Both the position numbers and the translations under genes were made by a program. The notes below the pieces were generated by a model. The model had not been told where the DNA came from. It ran no database searches and saw only the letters and a list, made by a program, of their open reading frames with translations. A DNA stretch of 45,230 bases from the NCBI GenBank assembly GCA_040377305.1, contig JBEIPA010000036.1, positions 1 to 45,230 on the forward strand. Direction: 5' to 3'. Below are positions 9,604 through 18,193 of this stretch, in pieces; position 1 is the first letter of the stretch; each line of letters starts with the position of its first letter. Source of the stretch: Flavobacteriales bacterium (GTDB lineage: Bacteria; Bacteroidota; Bacteroidia; Palsa-965).

Positions 9604-10989
9604 ATGAAAGACTTTTCTCAACATGCCGTAAATGGCTCAGCTGAAAATATTGATCACTTACTGAATTCGCTGCACCCGGTAACACAATCGGCCGGTGAAC
9701 CCTTGCTTAATGCTTCCGGGCTCGGTCTGCGGATTGATTTCAGGTGGTTAAGAGACAACATTTCCGCATTGCGAGATCAGTTGGAGCTAACGCCACTACC
9801 CGTGCATGCGATTGCGGAGTCCGGCGCTTATTCCGATTTTATTATACAGCACAGTCTCAACGACGAAGAGCGAATACTGCTGCTTCTGTCGATTGCCCAG
9901 TATCTCGATCCGTCGGTGACACAACAATTGGTTTCAGAGAACAATTCATTTCGTCTTACACAATGTAACAAAACAGGTGTTGTGCTTGCGACGGGTGAAA
10001 CATTTCTGAAACTTATTGCGGGTATCAATACGGAAGCACGTATCAAGGCACATCGCTATTTCAGCACCGATCATTTGTTCTATCGGAAAAGCATTTTAGA
10101 TTTTGGTGAAGTAAACGAAGCCGTTCCCTCCTACTATGGTGTTCTGAAAATCACTCCCTCATTCCGCGAATTGTTTCTGTATGACCGTCACAGCAAACCA
10201 CGATTCGGGAGTGAATTTCCTGCGCACCTGTTGAAAACACATTTGAACTGGGAAGACCTTGTGATTAATCCGAACACCGAAGATCGCCTGTCGGAAATCC
10301 GAAACTATCTCGATCACAATCAAACACTCCGCAACGAATGGGGATTGCAGAAGCACATGAAAGATGGTTATCGCTGTATGTTTTATGGTCCGAGCGGAAC
10401 AGGAAAAACATTGGCAGCAACATTGCTTGGAAAACACATCGGACGCGAAGTTTATCGTGTAGATATCAGCAGTGTGATCAGCAAATACATTGGTGAAACT
10501 TCGAAGAATCTCAATTCTCTTTTCGCCACAGCAGAAGACAAAGGATGGATTCTTTTTTTCGATGAAGGCGATGCACTTTTCGGAAAGCGGGTGGATACAG
10601 CCACGGCGGATGACAAGAACGTACACTTCGCCAATCAGGACATTGCGTATTTGCTGCAGCGCATTGAAAACTACAACGGGTTGGTAATTGTAGCGAGCAA
10701 CTTCCGGAAAAATATGGACGATGCATTCTCGCGGAGATTCCAGAGTGTGGTGTTGTTTGATGTGCTCAATTATGAGTTGAGTAAAAAATACTGGATGAAT
10801 AATTTACCGGCGCAGGTGAAATTATCTTCTGCGATTGATCTGGATGTGATCGTGAAGCGTCATGCATTGCCGCCTGCATCCATCATGAATGTGATTAACA
10901 GAGTTTGTTTGCGTGCGATCAGTAAGCAGCAACTGGAGATTTCATTGGCGGAGTTGGAGGTTTGTATAAAGGATGAGATGTATAAGTAA
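9604..10989 (+). CDS. AAA+ ATPase resembling Afp15/Pvc15 (eCIS-associated) ATPases
   Basis: Walker A GPSGTGKT, RVDISSVISKYIGETSKNL, Walker B ILFFDEGDALFGKR, ANQDIAYLLQRIE, DDAFSRRF. N-terminal TGETFL motif as in Bacteroidota homologues. Confidence 0.85.
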   Translation: MKDFSQHAVNGSAENIDHLLNSLHPVTQSAGEPLLNASGLGLRIDFRWLRDNISALRDQLELTPLPVHAIAESGAYSDFIIQHSLNDEERILLLLSIAQYLDPSVTQQLVSENNSFRLTQCNKTGVVLATGETFLKLIAGINTEARIKAHRYFSTDHLFYRKSILDFGEVNEAVPSYYGVLKITPSFRELFLYDRHSKPRFGSEFPAHLLKTHLNWEDLVINPNTEDRLSEIRNYLDHNQTLRNEWGLQKHMKDGYRCMFYGPSGTGKTLAATLLGKHIGREVYRVDISSVISKYIGETSKNLNSLFATAEDKGWILFFDEGDALFGKRVDTATADDKNVHFANQDIAYLLQRIENYNGLVIVASNFRKNMDDAFSRRFQSVVLFDVLNYELSKKYWMNNLPAQVKLSSAIDLDVIVKRHALPPASIMNVINRVCLRAISKQQLEISLAELEVCIKDEMYK

Positions 10990-11000
10990 CACACAACATC

Positions 11001-14000
11001 GTGCCCAAGTTATACGCAGAACGCATTAAGAGAAGATTCGATATTCCTGAGGAAGCAGGGAAGATGCGTTTGCGCGTAGATGGAGAAAATCCTTTATTCA
11101 AACCACTCCTTACTTTCATGCCGTTCAAAATGATCATCAAACCTCTGTTTGGTGAGCAAAATGAAACTCCAAAAGCTCAACAGGTCGAGGGTATTTTCTC
11201 ATTTGTCGGTGATGAACCAGCATTTATGATGCTCGCGCAAGAGATTCCCGGTGAGTTTGTTCAGGATACTCCGACACCCGATTATGATATTGAATCAGAA
11301 GCTGCTTACGAAGTGGTTGCCATTGATACAGATCACAACCAGTTGGTGGAAACGGTTTCTTCAATGGAAAGTTTCACCTACGAGGAAAAAGCGGAGACGT
11401 TTACCACTCAGGATCAGAAATCGCGATGGGAGAAAATGAAGCTGAAGGATGTACTCGCTGAACTGGGCGCTGAGTATGATATCAAACATATTCGCGAAGA
11501 ATTCAAGATTGCAAATCCAACTGCAGGCGATAAGCTGGACAACTGGATTAAACGTTCGATCATCGATTATGGATGGAGACTTGGCGATAAACCACCTGAT
11601 ATTACACAAACGAGTGTAACGCGTACCGTTGGAGACACTCCAATTATTGAAGCCGCTGATCTGAACGTAGCGTTTGACATTGCGGTTAAGGAAGAACATG
11701 GAATCGAGCTCAAGGAGTTTGAGTCGTTCTATTGGAAAGACAAAGTCAGCGATAAAACCAGTCTACAAACTATTTATTATGGATCTAAAGAAGCGCAGTA
11801 CAATAAGAAGCATGTAGATCAAACACAACGTCTTGCTTTGATAGAAGATTTATATCTCGCATCAGGTGATATCACATTATACAACAACGCCCTCAAAGAG
11901 AAAAATACCGGAGAGGCTTTTGTGGTCCTTGTAAAATCTGCACAAGAAGTTCTGTTCTATGACCAGCCTACAGAAGTTGATGGCATGTTAGGGGATCAAA
12001 CTTCTGAAGCTCTCGCCAAATGGAAAGTAAAGTGCACAGGATTCGGATTTGATGCATACATAGAGCGCATAGCACGAAGGTTCGCTGTAACAAGGCAGAC
12101 GAATGATGCCACGCGACAAAAATACGAGGATGATAAAAAGTCATCTATAGAAAAGAAACCAAAGCAGGACAATCTTAAACCAAACAGTGCAGATGAACAG
12201 AGGTTTGAATTTTACGCCCTGCAGATTCAGGATAAACGGTTTGCCATTTACCTGAAAGATGAAACCATTGTTGACGATTTGTTGATGGAGCATCCGCCGA
12301 CTGCAAAGGACAAACACGTGGCGGATCAAAAGTTCACAAACACAGTTCAGGGTCCATATGGTATTTCCAATACCGTTAGTTTTCAGTTAGACGATACTCA
12401 ACTAGTATTGCAGGCATATGACCGGCTTCAGAGTGAAAAACAGTCGAAAGCAAATCAAAATCTTCTTGGTGACCAGATAGAAAGTAAATCCCCTTTCACG
12501 CGGCAAACGGATCTGGATGTTGAACAATTCGGGTACATACAACAACTTCTGATTCTGCCGGGATCTCTAGATTCTAAGGAATCGCTGCAGCAGGAATTCG
12601 TTCCAATCAAGAACGGGGCATTATTTAAAACGTGGCTGGAAGCGCACTATGCATTCCAGGCAAAGTTGCAGATTGGCGCACACGATATGGGTATTGACGG
12701 TGAAAATCCTGCTCCCGAATTACTGCCGACAATCAGACCACTTGAGGACGCGCTGATAACCGCATTATCCCTCTACAATACAAAGATGGGATGGCCACAG
12801 GATGAAGGATTTGGCTATTGGCGCTTTGAAGGTGATGAATACTTTACTTACGACGATGCGATTCTTGTAATTAACAAAGCCGGCGCGCATATTCTGCTGT
12901 TACTGCAAGACGCACTTTCCGGAAGTAGCAATCCCGACCTGCGTGAACAACAGTTGCTCACGGATTTCGCATCACGTGAAACTCAACATTTGAGACGTGA
13001 CAATCTTCTCTCTACAGCCACAGGAGAAGTAGATCGTGTAAGAGCCATCTTCCAGACCCTGGAATTCAAGCAGGAGAGCGACAAGTATAATCCCTCTCTA
13101 GGTGCTGCTGCTCCAACCGGCTTTCCTATGCAGATTTACATTGAGAAGAAGGAGGACGGAGATTGTACCCTGCACATTTTGCTTGACGATGCCGAGAAGA
13201 ACCGCGACATACACGTGGATGGGAAAAATATTTTTGACTGTATGCGGAACCTCGCAGCAACTCATACCAAACAATTGCCGGATGGAACAATTTTCTATTA
13301 CGACCCAGCAGATCCGAATATTGAGAATCCGGTGCAATACTCAATTTACGTTGAAGGCAGAATGTCGGCATCGGAAGTTTTCGGTTATGTGGCGCTTGGA
13401 TTGGCTGTGGCGGGTGCGGCTCTGGCTGCTCCATTTACAGGTGGCGGATCGCTGATGGCAGTAAGTCCAGTTGCCGCAGCGTTCATTGGCGCTTCCGTTG
13501 TTGCGGGCATTACGTCCTCTGTTTGTTATTTATACGAACGCGATCAACTTGGACAGCTTACCGGTGAAGACATTGCGCTCGAAGCCGTGAATATAGTTTC
13601 CAGTCTTGCTCCTGGAATATTTGCTTTGAGCAAAGCTGGTTTGTTTACAAAATTCAGCAGCAGGCTTACGACCTTTAATAACGTCACCTCCACTGCACGC
13701 TTCTTTGAATTCACAGTGGCGGTAGATGTTGGCGGCATACTCGTGAACGGTGTTTCCATGACGCAACAGGTAATTGATGCACTCGCGGAAGTTGATGCAA
13801 TGGGCCCTGAAGTTTCCGAAGCAGATAAAGCAGAATTCCGTCACCGCATTCTCATGTCCTCCATCCTTGGCTTCACCTTGCTAGCTGTTTCATTCAAGAG
13901 CAGTATGTCTGATATGTCGAAAATCAAATCCAAACCGAAGTTCGACGATGACGGAATGGAATTCAGGTTGCACATTGAAAACGGGAAGTACTTCAAGAAG

Positions 14001-14951
14001 GATATCAATACAGGCAAGCTTACCGAAATGAATCCGGCGGAAATCAAAAAGTTTGTGCCCAACAATGCAATACTTCCTGAAACAAACGTAGACAACCGAC
14101 AGTTCACCGTTCACACCGATGGTAAAGGAAACTACGTGAAGCGGTTTGAAGATACAGGAGAAGAAATTTCGATTAACAAAGCAGAGTTTGAAGCAGAAGG
14201 TGGGATTGAACCGGGGAGGTATGAGTACTCGAGTTATGTTGAGGAAGGGGAAACGAAATATAGGAAGAAGGATCTTGATACAAATCAAACATCAGAAATC
14301 GATAAGGTTGAGTTTGAGAATGCAAAGACCAAAGTACTCGATCAGAAAGGCGCAATAAAAACAGCTATAAGTAGTCAGGAGATTGATGATTTATTTTCAG
14401 ATCAGCGTCTCAAGGCTGTAAGAGAAGAATATCTGGCCACTGGACTGGCTGAGAAACATCCTAATCTGACCATTGCAGAAGGAACTATTTTATATGACTA
14501 CACAGGCGCCGGATTTGCTGATTTAAACGAAGCCCTGAATGATAAGCTTAAAACTGCCAAGATAACTGAACATTTTGCGACTTATGAAAAGTTGCTGAAT
14601 CAGGCGCTAGATAAATTCGACAACTTTGATGGTGTTGTATTTAGGGGTGGATATGTCCCCCTAGATGATATTCTTAGTAAATATCAAAAAGGTCAAACAG
14701 TAACGCATGCACAATTTACCTCTACCTCAAAATCTAAAACAGTCGCAGATAATTTTAGAGTCTATAACGATGGCAACGTATTTTTTGAAATCACAAGTAA
14801 AAACGGTAAATTTATTCAAAGCATTTCCGCGAAACCCGATGAAATCGAAGTATTATTCAAGTCGCAAGGTAAATTTGAAGTCCTTAGCAATGAGCTGAAG
14901 GTTGATGATTTTGGACATCAGTATTATGAAATTAAAATGATTCAACTGTGA
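11001..14951 (+). CDS. Large polymorphic-toxin-like protein with C-terminal R-S-E ADP-ribosyltransferase domain
   Basis: C-terminal YDYTG..LNEAL, VFRG (Arg 14643), FTSTS (14715-14729), DEIEVLF (ExE 14841-14849). Gly/Ala-rich hydrophobic block at ~13380-13900. PG-binding-like motif at ~11890-12025. Confidence 0.8.
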   Translation: MPKLYAERIKRRFDIPEEAGKMRLRVDGENPLFKPLLTFMPFKMIIKPLFGEQNETPKAQQVEGIFSFVGDEPAFMMLAQEIPGEFVQDTPTPDYDIESEAAYEVVAIDTDHNQLVETVSSMESFTYEEKAETFTTQDQKSRWEKMKLKDVLAELGAEYDIKHIREEFKIANPTAGDKLDNWIKRSIIDYGWRLGDKPPDITQTSVTRTVGDTPIIEAADLNVAFDIAVKEEHGIELKEFESFYWKDKVSDKTSLQTIYYGSKEAQYNKKHVDQTQRLALIEDLYLASGDITLYNNALKEKNTGEAFVVLVKSAQEVLFYDQPTEVDGMLGDQTSEALAKWKVKCTGFGFDAYIERIARRFAVTRQTNDATRQKYEDDKKSSIEKKPKQDNLKPNSADEQRFEFYALQIQDKRFAIYLKDETIVDDLLMEHPPTAKDKHVADQKFTNTVQGPYGISNTVSFQLDDTQLVLQAYDRLQSEKQSKANQNLLGDQIESKSPFTRQTDLDVEQFGYIQQLLILPGSLDSKESLQQEFVPIKNGALFKTWLEAHYAFQAKLQIGAHDMGIDGENPAPELLPTIRPLEDALITALSLYNTKMGWPQDEGFGYWRFEGDEYFTYDDAILVINKAGAHILLLLQDALSGSSNPDLREQQLLTDFASRETQHLRRDNLLSTATGEVDRVRAIFQTLEFKQESDKYNPSLGAAAPTGFPMQIYIEKKEDGDCTLHILLDDAEKNRDIHVDGKNIFDCMRNLAATHTKQLPDGTIFYYDPADPNIENPVQYSIYVEGRMSASEVFGYVALGLAVAGAALAAPFTGGGSLMAVSPVAAAFIGASVVAGITSSVCYLYERDQLGQLTGEDIALEAVNIVSSLAPGIFALSKAGLFTKFSSRLTTFNNVTSTARFFEFTVAVDVGGILVNGVSMTQQVIDALAEVDAMGPEVSEADKAEFRHRILMSSILGFTLLAVSFKSSMSDMSKIKSKPKFDDDGMEFRLHIENGKYFKKDINTGKLTEMNPAEIKKFVPNNAILPETNVDNRQFTVHTDGKGNYVKRFEDTGEEISINKAEFEAEGGIEPGRYEYSSYVEEGETKYRKKDLDTNQTSEIDKVEFENAKTKVLDQKGAIKTAISSQEIDDLFSDQRLKAVREEYLATGLAEKHPNLTIAEGTILYDYTGAGFADLNEALNDKLKTAKITEHFATYEKLLNQALDKFDNFDGVVFRGGYVPLDDILSKYQKGQTVTHAQFTSTSKSKTVADNFRVYNDGNVFFEITSKNGKFIQSISAKPDEIEVLFKSQGKFEVLSNELKVDDFGHQYYEIKMIQL

Positions 14952-15358
14952 AAACCTTTGCTGAAATAACCGCTTATTCTCATCTAAAAAAGAAGAAACT
15001 TCTCGATGAGTTAGCTATTTGCATAGCACAAATTGAACTTGAATCGGAAGCGGAGGTTAATTCCCACCAAAATCGAGATGTTGTTTTGTTGTTACTAAAG
15101 ACAGCATTGACAGGGCTCAAGACAATTGAATGTGATGATAAGAAAATACAAATAGTAACCGAACTTTCTGATTTAATTGAAGCTCGTGAACAATTGCTCA
15201 AATTGTCAGATAGAGAACAACTAATAAGACTGATGAATGAAATATCGCTTTTGAAAGGAGTTATGGAAAACTTGAATTGGGACTGCTTAACTGAGACCGA
15301 GCGATTAGCGAAATACAATGCAATGATTTCCATGGGCAGGAAGTGGAAACATTTATAA
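14948..15358 (+). CDS. Candidate immunity protein for the ART toxin
   Basis: GTGA start/stop overlap with the toxin. Small, AT-rich, predicted helical. Confidence 0.6.
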   Translation: MKTFAEITAYSHLKKKKLLDELAICIAQIELESEAEVNSHQNRDVVLLLLKTALTGLKTIECDDKKIQIVTELSDLIEAREQLLKLSDREQLIRLMNEISLLKGVMENLNWDCLTETERLAKYNAMISMGRKWKHL

Positions 15359-15570
15359 ATACCAGAAAGTGCGAGTGCTTGTGCGATAGCAAGAGTTGCT
15401 AGTGCGCGTGAGCAACAACGCGAAGTGTTGGTGAGGTTGCAATCGTTGTTAAGGGTTGTGTGCATGCTTGAGCGGAGTTACCCTTGACAACACCATAGAA
15501 ATGGTATGAAGTTGCGAAATAAAAATTGGACGTGTCAATAGATTTCGCTGGAAACTTTTCCGGCGTTTTT

Positions 15571-15630
15571 TTTGCAAGGGTGTCACCCTTCGAGGTCCGC
15601 CGCGGCGGATAACCTTCGAAGGGTTTGCTT
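15571..15630. repeat. Palindromic CCTTCGAAGG-type element with 12-bp insert
   Basis: TTTGCAAGGGTGTCACCCTTCGAGGT[CCGCCGCGGCGG]ATAACCTTCGAAGGGTTTGCTT. Related copies at 17733-17781 and 18383-18414. Confidence 0.75.
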
Positions 15631-15650
15631 CCAAAGAGCAGCTAAAGGAA

Positions 15651-17060
15651 ATGGACGGACTACTGGAGAAATACCAGAACCGAAAGAGCAACTCGTGGAC
15701 ACTGAAAGATGCAGAGGGCATCGAATTAACTACCGAAGAAATTGCGAATAAGCGGTCGGAACTACAGTCAAGTATCAAGCAACTCGAAAGTGCAGAGTTC
15801 ATTCACAAAACAGGCATAAGCAAAGTTGTTGGTGCGGAGTCAACGATGCTGTATAAGGGCGATAAAGCCTCTGCAGATCTGATCAAGAAGAAACACAAAG
15901 ATCAGGGAGACACAGTAACTGGTCCGGACAAGAATGGAATTATAACCGTAACTACAAAAGATGGTACTATTACTTACTTACCAGAAGGTGGAGAAGCGAG
16001 CGTTGTGAAAAGCTTTGCGTCTGAACTAATGACCAATACAGCATTGAGCGGGCATATTCGTCTTTCAAACTCAAACGTAATGGCAGTTGATCTGGCTAAG
16101 TTGCCTGAGGTTGAAAAATTATTCAGTGGTAAAGGAGACAAATGGGTTAAGATCGGCGACAATCTCTACATGGGCGAAACAACCCGTAACGGAAAGCCCG
16201 TGAAGATGTTCTTTATTCCTGAAGAATCTCTGAACGTCGCGAATGATGCACTCAAAGCAGAACAGAATAATCCGGGAACCGGACTTTCAGTGATCAACGC
16301 TAATCTGCGCGGGGATGCAGCAAAAGAAGGCTTTGCGGATTTTATGGAGCGCGACTGGAAAGGTATGACCGAAGGACAAATGGTGCTGGAAGCATGGAAG
16401 CTGGAGCAAAAAGGCAAGAGCGATGGCAAGAGCCTAAACGAGATTTTCGAAGAACGTAAAAAGGAAAAAGTAACCCGGGAGAAGTTGGAAAAACAAAAAG
16501 CAGAACAGGAGCTGCTGAAGAACAGAGGCAAGTTGATTGGGGCGACCGGTGATAGTTATCCGGAGAAAGAAATGCTTGCGCAATATAAAGATGAGGAGAA
16601 AGGAGCATATTTTGATACACCGACTGGCGACCCCCTTTTCGTTAAGTATTTTAAATCAGACGCAGAAAGAGCTCCATTCGAAGTATTTGTTGGCGAAAAA
16701 GATGGATTAGTCTATGATGCCGAAGGAAATCTTTTGGACACTCAGAATTCAGATACTAAAAAAAGGTCATCACTCGTCGTTCCCGCAGACGCTATATTTG
16801 TAATGGATACGAAGGGTAGAATTTTCCTGAGCAAGCATTCAGCCTATGGCGAATTCCATCACTCGACTTTTTTAGGTGGTGATCCTGTTGGGATGGCAGG
16901 CGAAGCAAATATTGTAAAAGGTGGATCGGAATATAGTAAGTTTAACAACAATAGCGGACACTATAGTTGCGATAATAGTTATTTGGATAATATTAGAATT
17001 GAGCTGGAAAAACGCGGAGCAAAAATGGACAATCTTGGTTTTGAACCCTTTAAAAAATAG
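15651..17060 (+). CDS. Orphan toxin (probably N-terminally truncated) with C-terminal IQM-like HHS...AG...SGHY domain
   Basis: VKYF...ERAPFEV...GLVY..GNLLDT...IFVMD...FHHSTFLGGDPVGMAGE...NNSGHY. The frame stays open upstream of the ATG into the palindromic element. A small gene follows 4 bp later. Confidence 0.7.
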   Translation: MDGLLEKYQNRKSNSWTLKDAEGIELTTEEIANKRSELQSSIKQLESAEFIHKTGISKVVGAESTMLYKGDKASADLIKKKHKDQGDTVTGPDKNGIITVTTKDGTITYLPEGGEASVVKSFASELMTNTALSGHIRLSNSNVMAVDLAKLPEVEKLFSGKGDKWVKIGDNLYMGETTRNGKPVKMFFIPEESLNVANDALKAEQNNPGTGLSVINANLRGDAAKEGFADFMERDWKGMTEGQMVLEAWKLEQKGKSDGKSLNEIFEERKKEKVTREKLEKQKAEQELLKNRGKLIGATGDSYPEKEMLAQYKDEEKGAYFDTPTGDPLFVKYFKSDAERAPFEVFVGEKDGLVYDAEGNLLDTQNSDTKKRSSLVVPADAIFVMDTKGRIFLSKHSAYGEFHHSTFLGGDPVGMAGEANIVKGGSEYSKFNNNSGHYSCDNSYLDNIRIELEKRGAKMDNLGFEPFKK

Positions 17061-17064
17061 ACCT

Positions 17065-17388
17065 ATGGAGCAACAAGTTCCGGTTGAAGTAAAAGAAAAC
17101 TTCGGTTACGTGACTAGCATTCTTCACTATATGGACGATGCAGAGCTTGAGCCCGAATATACCCGCGAGATGATGGACAAACATCCAAGATATGGACTCG
17201 GATTTAATATTAACGTAAGGAAAAAAGCGTGGGCCGCACTCCAATGGATAGTCGATCACCCGGAAATTGACTACATCCAATTGGATAGTTGGAACATCAG
17301 AGATAGTCAAGTGTATTTTCAAAGGATGAAAAAACTCCATGAGCTGATGCGAACGTTTAAATTTTACGAGGACAGGAATCACGAGTAA
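17065..17388 (+). CDS. Candidate immunity protein (107 aa) for the IQM-like toxin
   Basis: ATG 4 bp after the toxin stop. A diverged paralogue immediately downstream supports that it is coding. Confidence 0.7.
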   Translation: MEQQVPVEVKENFGYVTSILHYMDDAELEPEYTREMMDKHPRYGLGFNINVRKKAWAALQWIVDHPEIDYIQLDSWNIRDSQVYFQRMKKLHELMRTFKFYEDRNHE

Positions 17389-17398
17389 TTGGCGCGCA

Positions 17399-17556
17399 AT
17401 GAGTCAGAATATTCCGGATTTCGTCAGAGAAAATTTTGGATCAATAACTATGATCCTTCACTGAACTGGATATGGAATATGTTCGATCATTATTGGAGAA
17501 ATATCCAAAATATGGTTTAGGCATAAACATCAGCACTATCGTGAATTGGATAGCTG
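17399..17556 (+). pseudogene. Frameshifted, truncated paralogue of the 17065-17388 immunity gene
   Basis: MSQNIPDFVRENFGSITMILH* aligns to MEQQVPVEVKENFGYVTSILH. In another frame, ELDMEYVRSLLEKYPKYGLGINI aligns to ELEPEYTREMMDKHPRYGLGFNI. Confidence 0.8.
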
Positions 17557-17571
17557 GAGCGTCAAGGATAA

Positions 17572-17781
17572 CTCGTGAATGATGATCATATATTTTTCAA
17601 AACCGTGTGACTTCAGTCCGCGGTTTGGGTATGAAATTACGAACGACAAATGCGTTATGTCAAGTTGATTTTCATTCTCGAATAAATTATCAACGTCTCT
17701 TACGTTTCCTCTAATTTTCTGAACGAATCAACTTTGCAAGGGTGCCACCCCTCGAGGGTTTAACCTTTGAAGGGTTTGCTT
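17572..17781 (+). repeat. ~210-bp intergenic direct repeat, copy 1
   Basis: Begins CTCGTGAATGATGATCATATATTTTTC..CCGTGTGACTTCA.TCCGCGGTTT. Aligns to 18194-18414. Confidence 0.85.
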
Positions 17782-17861
17782 TTCATACCGAAATTTTTCG
17801 ACTCAGAACAATGGACTTTCAATAGAAATTAAGGATTAATTTTATTGTCAAACATCAAACC

Positions 17862-18125
17862 ATGGAACTTGAAGAATTTATCAGGACAATTAAGACGAAA
17901 GAGGACTTCGCCTATTTTGTTGAATTGCTAAAAAAAGATTATAATAAAAATAAAGATGACATAAATCAGTGGGAAAACATCACACTGGAACAATTCCTAA
18001 ATGGTTTATCAAATTACACACACTCATTAAAAGAAAAAGATACTGACGGACGTCCACTTAAGGCACATGAACCGTCGTGGAGCCTTTTTGCTGATTTACT
18101 CATGGGTGCTACAGTGTACGAGTGA
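17862..18125 (+). CDS. Orphan immunity-like protein (WEN.TL..FL...PSW..FA...YE family, DUF7660-like)
   Basis: WENITLEQFL and PSWSLFADLLMGATVYE motifs of a small family commonly found in polymorphic toxin loci. Confidence 0.7.
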   Translation: MELEEFIRTIKTKEDFAYFVELLKKDYNKNKDDINQWENITLEQFLNGLSNYTHSLKEKDTDGRPLKAHEPSWSLFADLLMGATVYE

Positions 18126-18193
18126 ATGGAACGACAAGAGTTCAAATACAATTGTCTTAGCAAAATACTTTCGCGCGCTTTGCGACTTCGTGG

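Noticed and set aside
9604-14951. ATPase-based anti-phage defence pair, or a complete T6SS/eCIS locus
   Set aside because: The partner has toxin architecture followed by immunity-type genes, not a protease or nuclease effector. No structural genes occur in the window. A defence role is not strictly excluded.
16921-17064. Longer start for the immunity ORF as given in the ORF track
   Set aside because: It overlaps the toxin by 140 bp. The paralogous pseudogene aligns from ATG 17065.
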